Below, piece after piece: positions 12,461 to 21,989 of a stretch of 64,000 bases of DNA. A program made the translations under genes and the position numbers. The stretch is from positions 32,001 to 96,000 of the forward strand of contig CAVYTA010000001.1 of NCBI GenBank assembly GCA_963771355.1. The letters are read 5' to 3'. The stretch's first letter is position 1. The number at the start of each line of letters is the position of its first letter. Source of the stretch: an uncultured Candidatus Rokubacteria bacterium (GTDB taxonomy: Bacteria > Methylomirabilota > Methylomirabilia > Rokubacteriales > CSP1-6). The notes under the pieces were generated by a model. The model saw nothing but the letters and a program-made list of their open reading frames with translations, was not told the origin of the DNA and searched no databases.

Positions 12461-13012
12461 CTACTTCCCCCGCGCCGGGTAGACCACGATGAAGCTCGAC
12501 TGGTTCGGCATCTTCACCTTCGGCAACGTCTGCGCGTTCATCTCGTCGTTCTGGCCGATGATCCCGTTGAGATTGAGCAGGTACGCGGTGACCGCGTACA
12601 CCTCGTCGTCGCTGAGCGATTGCGGCTGGATGTAAGGCATCGAGCGGCGCACGTAGTCGAAGACGGTCGTCGCGTACGGCCAGTAACTGCCGATCGTGCG
12701 TACCGGCGCCTTGCTGGTGAGTGTCCCCTGGCCGCCGACAAGCCGGTCGTTCGGTTGCCCCACGCCCTTCGCGCCGTGGCAAGTCTGGCACTTCTGCTCG
12801 TAGACGACCGCCCCCGTCGTCGGCGTGCCCTTGCCCGGCGGCAACCCGATGCCGTCAGGTCCCACGCTGATGTCCCAGCCCGCGATCTGCGCCGGCGTCG
12901 CCTCGCGCCCCAGGTTCGGGCTCTCGATCGCATTCGAGGTCATGCGGGCGCCGGCGCAGCCTCCGACGACGAGCAGCGCAAGCGCCACACTGACGAGATC
13001 ACGCGTAGACAT
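12461..13012 (-). CDS. soxD: SoxD-like monoheme cytochrome c, probable lipoprotein
   Basis: WDISVGPDGIGLPPGKG, CQTCH, TIGSYWPYATTVFDYVRRSMP. Lipobox-like VGGC. Overlaps the soxC stop. Confidence 0.88.
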   Translation of the reverse strand: MSTRDLVSVALALLVVGGCAGARMTSNAIESPNLGREATPAQIAGWDISVGPDGIGLPPGKGTPTTGAVVYEQKCQTCHGAKGVGQPNDRLVGGQGTLTSKAPVRTIGSYWPYATTVFDYVRRSMPYIQPQSLSDDEVYAVTAYLLNLNGIIGQNDEMNAQTLPKVKMPNQSSFIVVYPARGK

Positions 13013-14240
13013 GCTTCACCTCGCCGTTCGCCGCCACGCTCCAGGCCTGGATGCCGTGGAAGTGGAAGATGGCGTTGTTGCCGTGCTCGGCGATGAACTT
13101 CTCGCGCTCCGGCTGCACGGCCCCGGTATCGTCGGTGGCGCGCGACTTGAGCACGGCCGCCGTGCCGTCCCACTTCCACGGGAGCCGGAACCGCGTGAGC
13201 GCACGTGGCAGCACGGGCGCCACCAGCGGCACCGCCGTCCACGTCCGGCCGCCGTCGGTCGACACCTCGACCTTCCTGATCGTCCCGTTGCCCGACCACG
13301 CGATGCCGGAGATCTGATGGAGCCCGGCGCCCCGCAGCGTCATCCCGTGCGAGGGACGCGTGATGACGGACTTCACCTCCATCGGGTACGTGAACATCAG
13401 CGACTTGCCGTCGCCCTGGAGGTCGGTGTAGCGCGACGTCTCGTCCTTGGTCATGATCGGCGCGGACACGATCTTGAGGCGCCGGAGCCACTTCACGCTC
13501 AGGTTACCTTCCCACCCGGGCAAGAACAGGCGCACGGGATAGCCGTTCTCCGGCCGCAGCCGCTCGCCGTTCTGGAACAGGGCGACGATCGCGTCGTCCA
13601 TCGCCTTGGCCATCGGGACGCTGCGGCTCATGGCGGCGGAGTCCGCGCCCTCGGCGAGAATCCACTGTGCGCTCCGGTCGACGCCGGCCTCCTCGAGCAG
13701 CAAGCGCAGCGGCACCCCGGTCCACTCGCTGCACGACACGAGTCCGTGCGTCTCACCGGCGGTGAGATTGGGCGGCGTCGGCTGGTAGAGCACCTGGCTG
13801 TTGCCGGAGCACTCGAGGAAGTGGATCCGGGAGATCATCGGATAGCGCAGGAGCGCCTCCACGGTGAAGATCAACGGGCGCTTCACCATGCCGTGGATGA
13901 GTAACCGATGCGTGTCCGGGTCGATGTCGGGCACGCCGCCATGGTGCCGCTCGAAGTGCAGCCCGGTGGGCGTGATCATGCCCTCGAGCGACTCCAGCGG
14001 CGTGCGCGAGGCGCCGCTGCCCGTCGTCCCGGGCTGCGAGCGGATGAGCGTGCGCGTCACCTTGCTTTCGTACTTGGCGGGGCGGCCGTACTCGGACATC
14101 CCGGCCCCGGGGACTTTCATCGACGACGGGACTTCCGGCGGCTCGGCCGCTTCGGCGTGTTTTGCTCCGCCTGCCACCAGACCGCTCGCCGCGAGCAAGC
14201 CGACGCTCTGTTTGATGAACCTACGCTTGGAATCGTCCAT
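12999..14240 (-). CDS. soxC: SoxC-type sulfite dehydrogenase molybdoprotein
   Basis: Twin-arginine-type leader (KRRFIK), ITPTGLHFERHHGG, Mo-ligand LECSGN, RPENGYPVRL, TKDETSRY. Confidence 0.92.
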   Translation of the reverse strand: MDDSKRRFIKQSVGLLAASGLVAGGAKHAEAAEPPEVPSSMKVPGAGMSEYGRPAKYESKVTRTLIRSQPGTTGSGASRTPLESLEGMITPTGLHFERHHGGVPDIDPDTHRLLIHGMVKRPLIFTVEALLRYPMISRIHFLECSGNSQVLYQPTPPNLTAGETHGLVSCSEWTGVPLRLLLEEAGVDRSAQWILAEGADSAAMSRSVPMAKAMDDAIVALFQNGERLRPENGYPVRLFLPGWEGNLSVKWLRRLKIVSAPIMTKDETSRYTDLQGDGKSLMFTYPMEVKSVITRPSHGMTLRGAGLHQISGIAWSGNGTIRKVEVSTDGGRTWTAVPLVAPVLPRALTRFRLPWKWDGTAAVLKSRATDDTGAVQPEREKFIAEHGNNAIFHFHGIQAWSVAANGEVKHVYA

Positions 14241-14297
14241 CGTGAGCCTCCTGGTGCGGCTGACCTAGGGGGGGCGGGCTGCGACGGCGCCTGCGCC

Positions 14298-16550
14298 TCA
14301 CGCCTTCCCCGCCCCCTTCCCCGCCGCCATCACCTTGGCCGGCGTGTAGGGCACGCTCCGAAGCCGCACGCCGATGGCGTCGAAGACGGCGTTGGAGATG
14401 GCGGGGGGCGGCAGGCACGCCGCCGGCTCGCCCACGCCCCAGGGCGGGTCCCCGGGCCGGTTGATCAGCTCCATGTGCACCTCGGGCACCTCGGGGAAGC
14501 GCAGGATGGGGTAGGTCGCCCAGTCCACGCTCGTCACGCGCGCGCGGTCCCACTTGAGCTCTTCCTTGATCGTGCGGGAGACGGTCTGGATGATCTGGCC
14601 TTCGATCTGGGCGCGCACGCCGTCGGGGTTGATGATCTGGCCGCAGTCATGCGCGACGAAGAAGCGGGTGCAGCGGATCGCCCCCGTCTGCTTGTTGACC
14701 TCGACCTCGGCCACGCCGGCGCAGTAGGTGCGGACGTTCTCGTACTTCACGTAGGCGATGCCGCGCCCGCGGGCGATGGCGCCGGACGGATCGCGCCCGG
14801 GTGACGGGCGCGTGTCCCACTTCGCCATGTGGGCGGCCGCGCGGAGTACCGCGATGCCGCGCGGATCACTGAGATAGCGCAGGCGGTACTCGACGGGGTC
14901 GGCGCCGGCCGCGGCTGCGCACTCGTCGATGAAGACCTCGTTGGCGAAGGTGTTCTGCATGCGCCCCGGCGTGCGGATCCACGAGGGGCGGAAGGGCGTG
15001 GTCTCGAGCCGGTGGGCCACCGCCTTCTGGTGGGCGAAGGGGTAGGAGGGATCCAGGTTGCGGTGGATATTGCCCGGGTTGATGGCTTCCTTCTGGGGAA
15101 GGCCGGCGTGGGTAGCCGCCAGCGTGCGCGGCCACTCGGTGATGTCGGCCTTGGGCGCCCAGAGCTCGGAGTCCCAGCCGACGATATTGCCCTGGGCATC
15201 GAGCCCGGCCGTGATCTCCACGAGCGTGGGCGGGCCCTTCGGGTCCCAGCCATGCTCGTCCTCGCGCATCCACTGCACGCGCACGGGCCGGCCGACCATC
15301 TTGGAGATGAGCGCGGCGTCCGCGGTGGCATCCTCGTGGCCGTTCCGGCCGTAGCAGCCGGAGCCGTCGAGGTACTGGATGTGGATGTCCTTGGGATCCA
15401 TTTGAAGCGTCTGGGCGACTTCCTTCCGGAGCCAGTGGGGCGCCTGCGAGGGCGACCAGATCTCGGCCTTGCCGCTCTTGACGTCCGCGACCGCGCAGGA
15501 CGGGCCGATCGACCCGTGGGTATGCACGGCGAAGTCGTAAGTGGCCTTGAGGGTCTTGGCCGCCCCCGCGATGGCAGCCTTCGGATTGCCGCGGTCCACG
15601 GCGACGTCGTCCTTGGCAAGCTTGGTCCCGCGCACGTGCTCCCAGAGCTTGGCCTGGTCGGGGAGCCCTTCCCATTTCGTCCAGGTGGCCTTGAGCTGCC
15701 TGGCGCCCTTGATCGCTGCCCACTCGCTCTCGGCGACGACGGCGAGGAAGCTGCCCTCGCGCACGACGCGGGCGCTCTTGATGCTCTTGATGGAGCCCTC
15801 GTCCACTCGCTCGAGGGTGGCGCCGATGGCGGGCGGGCGAATCACCCGCGCGTGGAGCATGCCGGGCACGCGGAAGTCCTGCATGTAGGTGTGGGTGCCC
15901 GTGACCTTGCCGGCCACGTCCGGCCGCGGCACCGGCTGGCCGACGACCGTGTGGTCCTTCGGGTTCTTGAGGGGCGCGGCCGCGTCCAGTTTCAGCTCGA
16001 AGGCCTTGTCGCCGATCAGCTCGGCATAAGTGAAGCGGCGCAGCGGCTCGGCACGCAGGAAGATGACGCCGTCCTTCACGGCGAAGTCGACGGAGGGCAT
16101 CCCGGTCTTCTGCACCGCCATCTGGATCAGCGCCTGGCGCGCGGTGGCCGCCGCCTGGCGGAGCTGCACGCCGGCCACCTGGATGGAGAGGCTGCCCCAG
16201 GTGGGGCCCTGATCAGGGGTGAGCGCGGTGTCGCCCTCGATCAGCTTGATCTTGTCGAGGCGGACGTCCAGCTCCTCGGCGACCATCTGGGGGATCGCGA
16301 TGCGGATGCCCGTGCCGATGTCCACTTTGCCGGTGTAGGCGGTGACGGTGCCGTCCTTGTGGACGGCGAGGAAGCTGTCGACCTGGTCCAGCGCCAGGGG
16401 CTTGGTCTGCCCGCCCGCCGGGGCGCCGGCCTGCGCGTGGGCCTCGGGGGCCTCCCAGGCCAGGCTGAAGGTGACGACGAGGGCCCCGGTACCGATCAGG
16501 AACTCGCGGCGGGTCGCCTGGGATGTCGTGTCCGGCGTTATCGGCGTCAT
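14298..16550 (-). CDS. Exported Mo-hydroxylase large subunit (isoquinoline oxidoreductase/NicB-like)
   Basis: Tat motif TRREFL, GKVDIGTG, TPDQGPTWGS, GSGCYG, DCGQIINPDG, GVGE. Confidence 0.85.
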   Translation of the reverse strand: MTPITPDTTSQATRREFLIGTGALVVTFSLAWEAPEAHAQAGAPAGGQTKPLALDQVDSFLAVHKDGTVTAYTGKVDIGTGIRIAIPQMVAEELDVRLDKIKLIEGDTALTPDQGPTWGSLSIQVAGVQLRQAAATARQALIQMAVQKTGMPSVDFAVKDGVIFLRAEPLRRFTYAELIGDKAFELKLDAAAPLKNPKDHTVVGQPVPRPDVAGKVTGTHTYMQDFRVPGMLHARVIRPPAIGATLERVDEGSIKSIKSARVVREGSFLAVVAESEWAAIKGARQLKATWTKWEGLPDQAKLWEHVRGTKLAKDDVAVDRGNPKAAIAGAAKTLKATYDFAVHTHGSIGPSCAVADVKSGKAEIWSPSQAPHWLRKEVAQTLQMDPKDIHIQYLDGSGCYGRNGHEDATADAALISKMVGRPVRVQWMREDEHGWDPKGPPTLVEITAGLDAQGNIVGWDSELWAPKADITEWPRTLAATHAGLPQKEAINPGNIHRNLDPSYPFAHQKAVAHRLETTPFRPSWIRTPGRMQNTFANEVFIDECAAAAGADPVEYRLRYLSDPRGIAVLRAAAHMAKWDTRPSPGRDPSGAIARGRGIAYVKYENVRTYCAGVAEVEVNKQTGAIRCTRFFVAHDCGQIINPDGVRAQIEGQIIQTVSRTIKEELKWDRARVTSVDWATYPILRFPEVPEVHMELINRPGDPPWGVGEPAACLPPPAISNAVFDAIGVRLRSVPYTPAKVMAAGKGAGKA

Positions 16551-16551
16551 G

Positions 16552-17025
16552 TCAGGCCCCCTTTCCCATCAGGGCCGCGGCGCGCTTGACGGCGGCGAGG
16601 ATGCGCTGGTGCGTCCCGCAGCGACAGAGATTGTTCCGGAGCTCCGCGCGGATCTCTCGCTCGGACGGGTTGCCCGGCCGGGCAGCGAGGAAGGCGGCGG
16701 TCTGCATCACCATGCCGTTGATGCAGTAGCCACACTGGGCCGCCTGCTCCTCGATGAAGGCCCGCTGCACGGGATGCGGCTTCTCGGGCGTGCCCAGGCC
16801 CTCGAGGGTGACGATCTTGGCCGCCGGGCCGACCTTGCTGACGGGGACGATGCAGGAGCGCACCGCCTTGCCGTCCATCAGCACGGTGCACGCCCCGCAC
16901 TGCGCCAGGCCGCAGCCGAACTTGGGGCCGTGCAGAGCCAGGTTGTCGCGCAGCACGTAGAGGAGCGGGGTGTCGGGCTCGACGTCGAGCGGTTGGGACT
17001 TGCCGTTGACCGTGAGCGTGATCAT
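16552..17025 (-). CDS. (2Fe-2S)-binding subunit (IorA/NicA-like)
   Basis: KFGCGLAQCGACTV, QCGYCING, NLCRCG. AGGAGG precedes MITLTVNG. Confidence 0.92.
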   Translation of the reverse strand: MITLTVNGKSQPLDVEPDTPLLYVLRDNLALHGPKFGCGLAQCGACTVLMDGKAVRSCIVPVSKVGPAAKIVTLEGLGTPEKPHPVQRAFIEEQAAQCGYCINGMVMQTAAFLAARPGNPSEREIRAELRNNLCRCGTHQRILAAVKRAAALMGKGA

Positions 17026-17065
17026 GGGCCCCTCCTGATGTGGGGGACGGGTCGCCAACGGCGCG

Positions 17066-17094
17066 AACGTAGGGCGGAAGTGCTCGGTTGTCAA
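17066..17094 (-). promoter_or_regulatory. sigma70 promoter of the 2Fe-2S/Mo-hydroxylase operon
   Basis: TTGACA-N17-TACGTT on the minus strand. Confidence 0.6.
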
Positions 17095-17165
17095 GCGCAG
17101 CGTGCCGCGTCAAGCCTTTGGCGCGCAGGTGACGGCGACCACGGCGGCGCGATAGGCTCCAGGTC

Positions 17166-17762
17166 ATGAACGAAGCGCTGCCGGTCGTCTATCTCGCCAG
17201 GCATGGTGAGACCGCCTGGAGTCTCTCCGGGCAGCACACGGGACTGACCGACATTCCGTTGACCGAGCGGGGCGAGCGCGACGCGCGGCGGCTCGGAGAA
17301 CGGCTGAGGGGACGGAGCTTCGCCAAGGTGCTGACGAGTCCGTTGCAGCGGGCGGCCCGGACGTGCGCGCTGGCCGGCTTCGGCAGCGCCGCCGAGGTCG
17401 ACAAGGACCTGGTTGAATGGGACTACGGCGCGTACGAGGGACGCCGCCGCGTCGAGATTCTCGCCGAGCGCCCGGACTGGCAATTGTTCCGCGATGGCTG
17501 TCCGGGAGGAGAGTCGCCGCAGCAGGTGGGCGCCCGCGCCGACCGCGTGCTGAGCCGCGTGAGAGCGGTCGAGGGCGACGTGCTGCTCTTCTCGAGCGGG
17601 CATGTGCTGCGAGTGCTCACCGCCCGCTGGCTCGGGCTCGAGCCGGGAGCCGGGCGATATTTCTCCCTCGACACCGCGAGCCTGAGTCAGCTCGGCTACG
17701 AGCACAGCCGAGCGAGGACGGTGATTCAACGATGGAACGATACCGGTCACGCGGGGACGTGA
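17166..17762 (+). CDS. Histidine phosphatase family protein
   Basis: RHGET, SPLQRA, LVEWDYG, SSGH. Confidence 0.9.
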   Translation: MNEALPVVYLARHGETAWSLSGQHTGLTDIPLTERGERDARRLGERLRGRSFAKVLTSPLQRAARTCALAGFGSAAEVDKDLVEWDYGAYEGRRRVEILAERPDWQLFRDGCPGGESPQQVGARADRVLSRVRAVEGDVLLFSSGHVLRVLTARWLGLEPGAGRYFSLDTASLSQLGYEHSRARTVIQRWNDTGHAGT

Positions 17763-17777
17763 AGGATCTTCGGCGCC

Positions 17778-17809
17778 GCCGGCTCGGTGCTATGCCGGCT
17801 CGATGCTAT
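17778..17809 (+). repeat. 16-bp tandem duplication overlapping an extended -10
   Basis: GCCGGCTCGGTGCTAT followed by GCCGGCTCGATGCTAT. The second copy runs into TGcTATGGT (17804-17812). Confidence 0.7.
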
Positions 17810-17870
17810 GGTGGTTGGCACACCGCGGGTCAGGCAAACGGTGCGGTTCACCCCAACGCCGGAGGAAACC

Positions 17871-18188
17871 ATGAGGAAAATCGCAAGCCATCTGGTCGTC
17901 ACCCTGTCTTGTGCGGCAATGCTGACCGGATGTGCCCTCAGTCACGGTCCTGTCGTTGCACCGATAACGCTCAACATGAAGGGTCCGGTCTCGGCCGGCC
18001 CGGCCGTGGGCAGCGCCAAGGTCGGCAAGGCGGAAGCGTGGGGAATTTTGGTCTTTTCCACGGGCGATGCAAGCATATCGGCCGCGATGGCGAACGGTGG
18101 CATCACGAAGATTCATCACGTTGATCAGGAGACAGAGAACATCCTGGGCATCTGGGCCAAGTACACGACAGTGGTCTACGGAGAGTAG
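17871..18188 (+). CDS. TRL-like small lipoprotein
   Basis: GGAGG RBS, lipobox LTGC, GDASISAAMANGGITKIHHVD...TVVYGE. Confidence 0.75.
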   Translation: MRKIASHLVVTLSCAAMLTGCALSHGPVVAPITLNMKGPVSAGPAVGSAKVGKAEAWGILVFSTGDASISAAMANGGITKIHHVDQETENILGIWAKYTTVVYGE

Positions 18189-18315
18189 GCACCATCGTTC
18201 CCGTGTTGCCTGACTCGCGGTGAACCTCGCCACGATGGCGAGGGCGATCGGGCAGCTTGCCTCGCGCGGGCGGCCGGCCTCTGGCAGTGGGGAGCGATCC
18301 AGGGGAGACTGAGGC

Positions 18316-19953
18316 ATGGCCACCTCGCCGCTCGCGGGCAAGCCGGCGCCGCCGGAGATGCTGGTGGATCTCGGCCGGCTCGAGCGCGACTACTACGCGC
18401 GCCGGCCCGAACTGGACGATCCCGACCAGCTCGTCGCCTTCGGCACCAGCGGCCACCGGGGCTCGTCCCTGCGCGGCTCGTTCAACGAGGCGCATATCCT
18501 CGCGATCACCCAGGCGATCTGCGACTACCGGCGGAGCCAGGAGATAGACGGCCCGCTCTACATGGGCAAGGACACGCATGCTCTCTCCGGGCCGGCCCAG
18601 CGCACCGCGCTCGAGGTGCTGGCGGCCAACGACGTGGAGACGGTCATCCAGCGCGACGACGGCGTGACGCCCACGCCCGTCATCTCGCGCGCCATCCTCG
18701 TCCATAACCGCGGCCGCGCGGCGCACCGCGCCGACGGCATCGTCGTCACGCCGTCGCACAATCCTCCGGAAGACGGCGGCTTCAAGTACAACCCGCCCAG
18801 CGGCGGCCCGGCGGACACCGACGTGACGCGCTGGGTGCAGGATCGTGCCAACGAGCTGCTGCGGAACGGGAACGCCGGCGTGAAGCGAGTGCCCTACGCC
18901 GCCGCCATCAAGGCGGGGAGCACGCATCAGGAAGACTTCGTTCTCCCGTACGTGGAGGATCTGCGGAACGTCGTGGACATGGACGCCATCCGCGGCGCCG
19001 GCCTCACGCTGGGTGTGGACCCGCTCGGCGGCTCGGCCGGACCGTACTGGGCGCCGATCAATGCCGTCTACGGGCTGGACATCGCCGTCGTCAACCCGGT
19101 GATCGATCCGCGGTTCGCGTTCATGACCCTCGACTACGACGGCAAGATCCGCATGGACTGCTCGAGTCCCCATGCCATGGCGCGGCTCGTCGGCCTCAAG
19201 GATCGGTACCGCGTGGCCTTCGCCAATGACCCCGACGCGGATCGCCACGGGATCGTGACCGCGGCGGGGCTGATGAACCCGAACCACTACCTGGCCGTCG
19301 CCATTCACTATCTGCTCACCAGCCGCTCCCACTGGCCGGCGGAAGCCGCCGTCGGCAAGACGGTGGTGAGCAGTGGCCTGATCGACCGCGTGGTGGAGAA
19401 GCTGGGCCGCCGGCTGTGCGAGGTGCCGGTGGGATTCAAGTGGTTCGTGCCGGGCCTCCTCGACGGCTCGCTGTGCTTCGGCGGCGAGGAGAGCGCGGGG
19501 GCGAGCTTCCTGCGGCAGGACGGGACCGTGTGGACGACCGACAAGGACGGCCTGATCATGGCGCTCCTGGCCGCCGAGATCACCGCGCGCACGGGCAGGG
19601 ACCCGGGCGAGCACTACCGCACGCTGACCGCGGAGCTCGGCACCCCGCACTACACGCGCATCGATGCGCCGGCGACGCCCGAGCAGAAGGCGCGGCTGGG
19701 GAAGCTCACGCCCGAGGCGGTCACGGAGGCGAAGCTGGCCGGCGAGCCCATCACCGCCAAGCTGACGCGGGCCCCCGGCAACGACGCCCCCATCGGGGGC
19801 CTGAAGGTGATCGCCGCCGGCGGCTGGTTCGCGGCGCGACCCTCCGGGACGGAGAATATCTACAAGATCTATGCGGAGAGCTTCAAGAGTCCGGCGCATC
19901 TCGATGCTATCGTGCGCGAGGCGCAGGCAATGGTGGATGGTGCCCTGAGGTGA
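18316..19953 (+). CDS. pgm: Phosphoglucomutase
   Basis: [32 protein letters not shown]. Confidence 0.96.
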   Translation: MATSPLAGKPAPPEMLVDLGRLERDYYARRPELDDPDQLVAFGTSGHRGSSLRGSFNEAHILAITQAICDYRRSQEIDGPLYMGKDTHALSGPAQRTALEVLAANDVETVIQRDDGVTPTPVISRAILVHNRGRAAHRADGIVVTPSHNPPEDGGFKYNPPSGGPADTDVTRWVQDRANELLRNGNAGVKRVPYAAAIKAGSTHQEDFVLPYVEDLRNVVDMDAIRGAGLTLGVDPLGGSAGPYWAPINAVYGLDIAVVNPVIDPRFAFMTLDYDGKIRMDCSSPHAMARLVGLKDRYRVAFANDPDADRHGIVTAAGLMNPNHYLAVAIHYLLTSRSHWPAEAAVGKTVVSSGLIDRVVEKLGRRLCEVPVGFKWFVPGLLDGSLCFGGEESAGASFLRQDGTVWTTDKDGLIMALLAAEITARTGRDPGEHYRTLTAELGTPHYTRIDAPATPEQKARLGKLTPEAVTEAKLAGEPITAKLTRAPGNDAPIGGLKVIAAGGWFAARPSGTENIYKIYAESFKSPAHLDAIVREAQAMVDGALR

Positions 19954-19998
19954 AGGGCCTGGAGCCGCCGCGCGCGGCGTGAAAAGGGGAGACGTCCC

Positions 19999-20232
19999 AT
20001 GTCAACCAAGGTGCGAATCAACCTGGCCAACGCGCAGGAGCTGCTCGAGCTGCCGGGCCTGGGGCCGGCGCAGGTGGCCGCCATCGTCCGCTTTCGCTCG
20101 GAGCATGGCCCCATCAAGGACGCCCACCAGCTCGCCACGATCTTGAGCGGGTTTCCGCTGACGGAGGCGCTGCGCGCCCGCGCCGACTTCTCGCCGTCGG
20201 ACGCCACCGCGCCCGAGGCGCCGGGGGCGTAG
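19999..20232 (+). CDS. ComEA-like helix-hairpin-helix protein
   Basis: INLANAQELLELPGLGPAQVAAIVRFR..HGP. Purine-rich RBS. Confidence 0.8.
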   Translation: MSTKVRINLANAQELLELPGLGPAQVAAIVRFRSEHGPIKDAHQLATILSGFPLTEALRARADFSPSDATAPEAPGA

Positions 20233-20234
20233 TA

Positions 20235-21147
20235 GTGCGCGATGCCTGGTCGCTGCTGAGCACCACCTTCAGCGACTGGTACGAGGACCGGGCGCAGCGC
20301 ATGGGGGCGGCGCTCGCCTACTACACGATCTTCGCGCTCACGCCCGGCCTCGTCATCGTCATGGCGCTGGCCGGAGTTCTCCTCGGCCCGGGCGCGGAGA
20401 GCCAGATCATCGGCCAGATCCACGAGCTCATCGGGGGGCAAGGGGCGAAGGCGATCGAGGCGACGGTCCGGAGCGCGCGGGCCACTCCGCCGAGCGCCAC
20501 GGAGCTGGCTCTGGTGATCGTCACGCTGGTGTTCGGGCTCTGGGGGGTGTTCGGCGAGCTTCAGGACGGGCTCAACACGATCTGGGGGGTGACGCCGAAG
20601 CCCGGGCGGCGGATACGGGACATCGTGAAGGAGCGGTTCTTGTCCTTCGCCATGGTCGTCGGCACGGGCTTCCTCCTCCTGGTGTCACTCGTCGTGACGG
20701 CCTGGCTCGCCGCGGTCAGCACCTATGTCAGCTATCTCTTGCCGGCGCCGGCCCTGGCGCTCGAGGCGCTGAACACCGGCCTCTCGCTCGTCGTGATCAC
20801 CGGCGCCTTCGCGCGTGATCTTCAAGCTGCTGCCCGACGTGAGGATCGCCTGGCGGGATGTCTGGCTGGGGGCGGCGGTCACCTCGCTTCTGTTCACCGC
20901 CGGCAAGTTCCTCATCGGCCTCTATCTCGGCAAGAGTGCGGTGGCCTCGGCCTACGGCGCCGCCGGCTCTCTGGTCATCATCGTGGTCTGGGTGTACTAC
21001 TCCGCGCAGATCCTGCTCTTCGGCGCCGAGTTCACCAAGGTGTGGACCAAGCGTCGGGGCTCCGGATTCAAGGTGCAGAAGACGGCGAAGCCGGTGACGG
21101 CCGAGGCGCGCGCCGAGCAGGGCCTGGGGCCGAAGCCGAAGAAGTGA
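20235..21147 (+). CDS. YihY/BrkB family membrane protein (+1 frameshift at about 20815)
   Basis: GAALAYYTIF...LQDGLNTIWG, then IFKLLPD...YGAAGSL..WVYYSAQILLFGAEF in the next frame. Confidence 0.88.
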
Positions 21148-21965
21148 CGGCGCCATTCTCGGCGGACCCCGCTGGCTTCGAGCCCGTCGGATTCCCTCCG
21201 CCGTGGCCGACGCGGCCGTGGATCTACGCGAACGTGATCACGTCGCGGAACGGGATCGTGACGTGGATCCGGGCGGGGGCTCACGACGATCCCGTCCGCG
21301 CGATTGCCGGCGGTGACTTCAGCCGGCCGGGCCGGCGCGCCGACGTCCGGCTCATGCGCCGGCTCCGCGCGGGCGCCGACGCCGTCTCCTTCGGGGCGCA
21401 GACGCTCCGGGACCAGCCGGATCTCATCGGCGCCGCGGATGACGTCGGCGGCGAGCTCGGAGAGGCGCTGATCCGGTTCCGGGCGGAGCAGGGGCGAGGG
21501 CGCGTTCCCCTCCAGGTCATCTACTCCGAGTCGGGCTGGCTCGATCTGTCCGTCCCGCTCTTCAATACCCCCGGGCTCACGGCGATCGTCGTGACGACCA
21601 ATGCCGGCGAGCGTCGTCTTCGCGGGCAACGGAGTGAGGACCGGGGCGTGAACGTCCTGGTGGCCGGCGAGGAACGGGTCGAGTCGGGCGGACTCGTCCA
21701 CGCCCACGAGCGGCTCTTCACCGACTTCGGCGTGCGCTACCTGGACTGCGAGGGCGGGGCGGTGATCCTCGAGGCGCTGCACCGGGCGGGCATCCTGGAC
21801 GAGATCTTCGTCACGGTCACGGACGTGTCCATCGATCCCGCCGCCCACGCGGGAGTCAAGCGCATCACCCCTCTGGATGGCGGCGCGGCCCGCCTGATCG
21901 CGGAAGGCGGGACGCCGTCGGATCCCGGCTACCGCTTCCAGCGGTGGCGCTTCAATGATCGCTAG
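21144..21965 (+). CDS. RibD C-terminal/dihydrofolate reductase-like protein
   Basis: RPWIYANVITSRNG, LRAGADAV..GAQT, CEGG, LDEIFVT. GTGA overlap with yihY. Confidence 0.75.
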   Translation: MTAPFSADPAGFEPVGFPPPWPTRPWIYANVITSRNGIVTWIRAGAHDDPVRAIAGGDFSRPGRRADVRLMRRLRAGADAVSFGAQTLRDQPDLIGAADDVGGELGEALIRFRAEQGRGRVPLQVIYSESGWLDLSVPLFNTPGLTAIVVTTNAGERRLRGQRSEDRGVNVLVAGEERVESGGLVHAHERLFTDFGVRYLDCEGGAVILEALHRAGILDEIFVTVTDVSIDPAAHAGVKRITPLDGGAARLIAEGGTPSDPGYRFQRWRFNDR

Positions 21966-21989
21966 AGTATCGTCATCTCCCGAACCGCC

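Noticed and set aside
20235..21965. Apparent 576-aa YihY-RibD fusion in the ORF track
   Set aside because: Created by the +1 insertion at about 20815. YihY ends at 21147, and the RibD-like gene has its own overlapping GTG at 21144.
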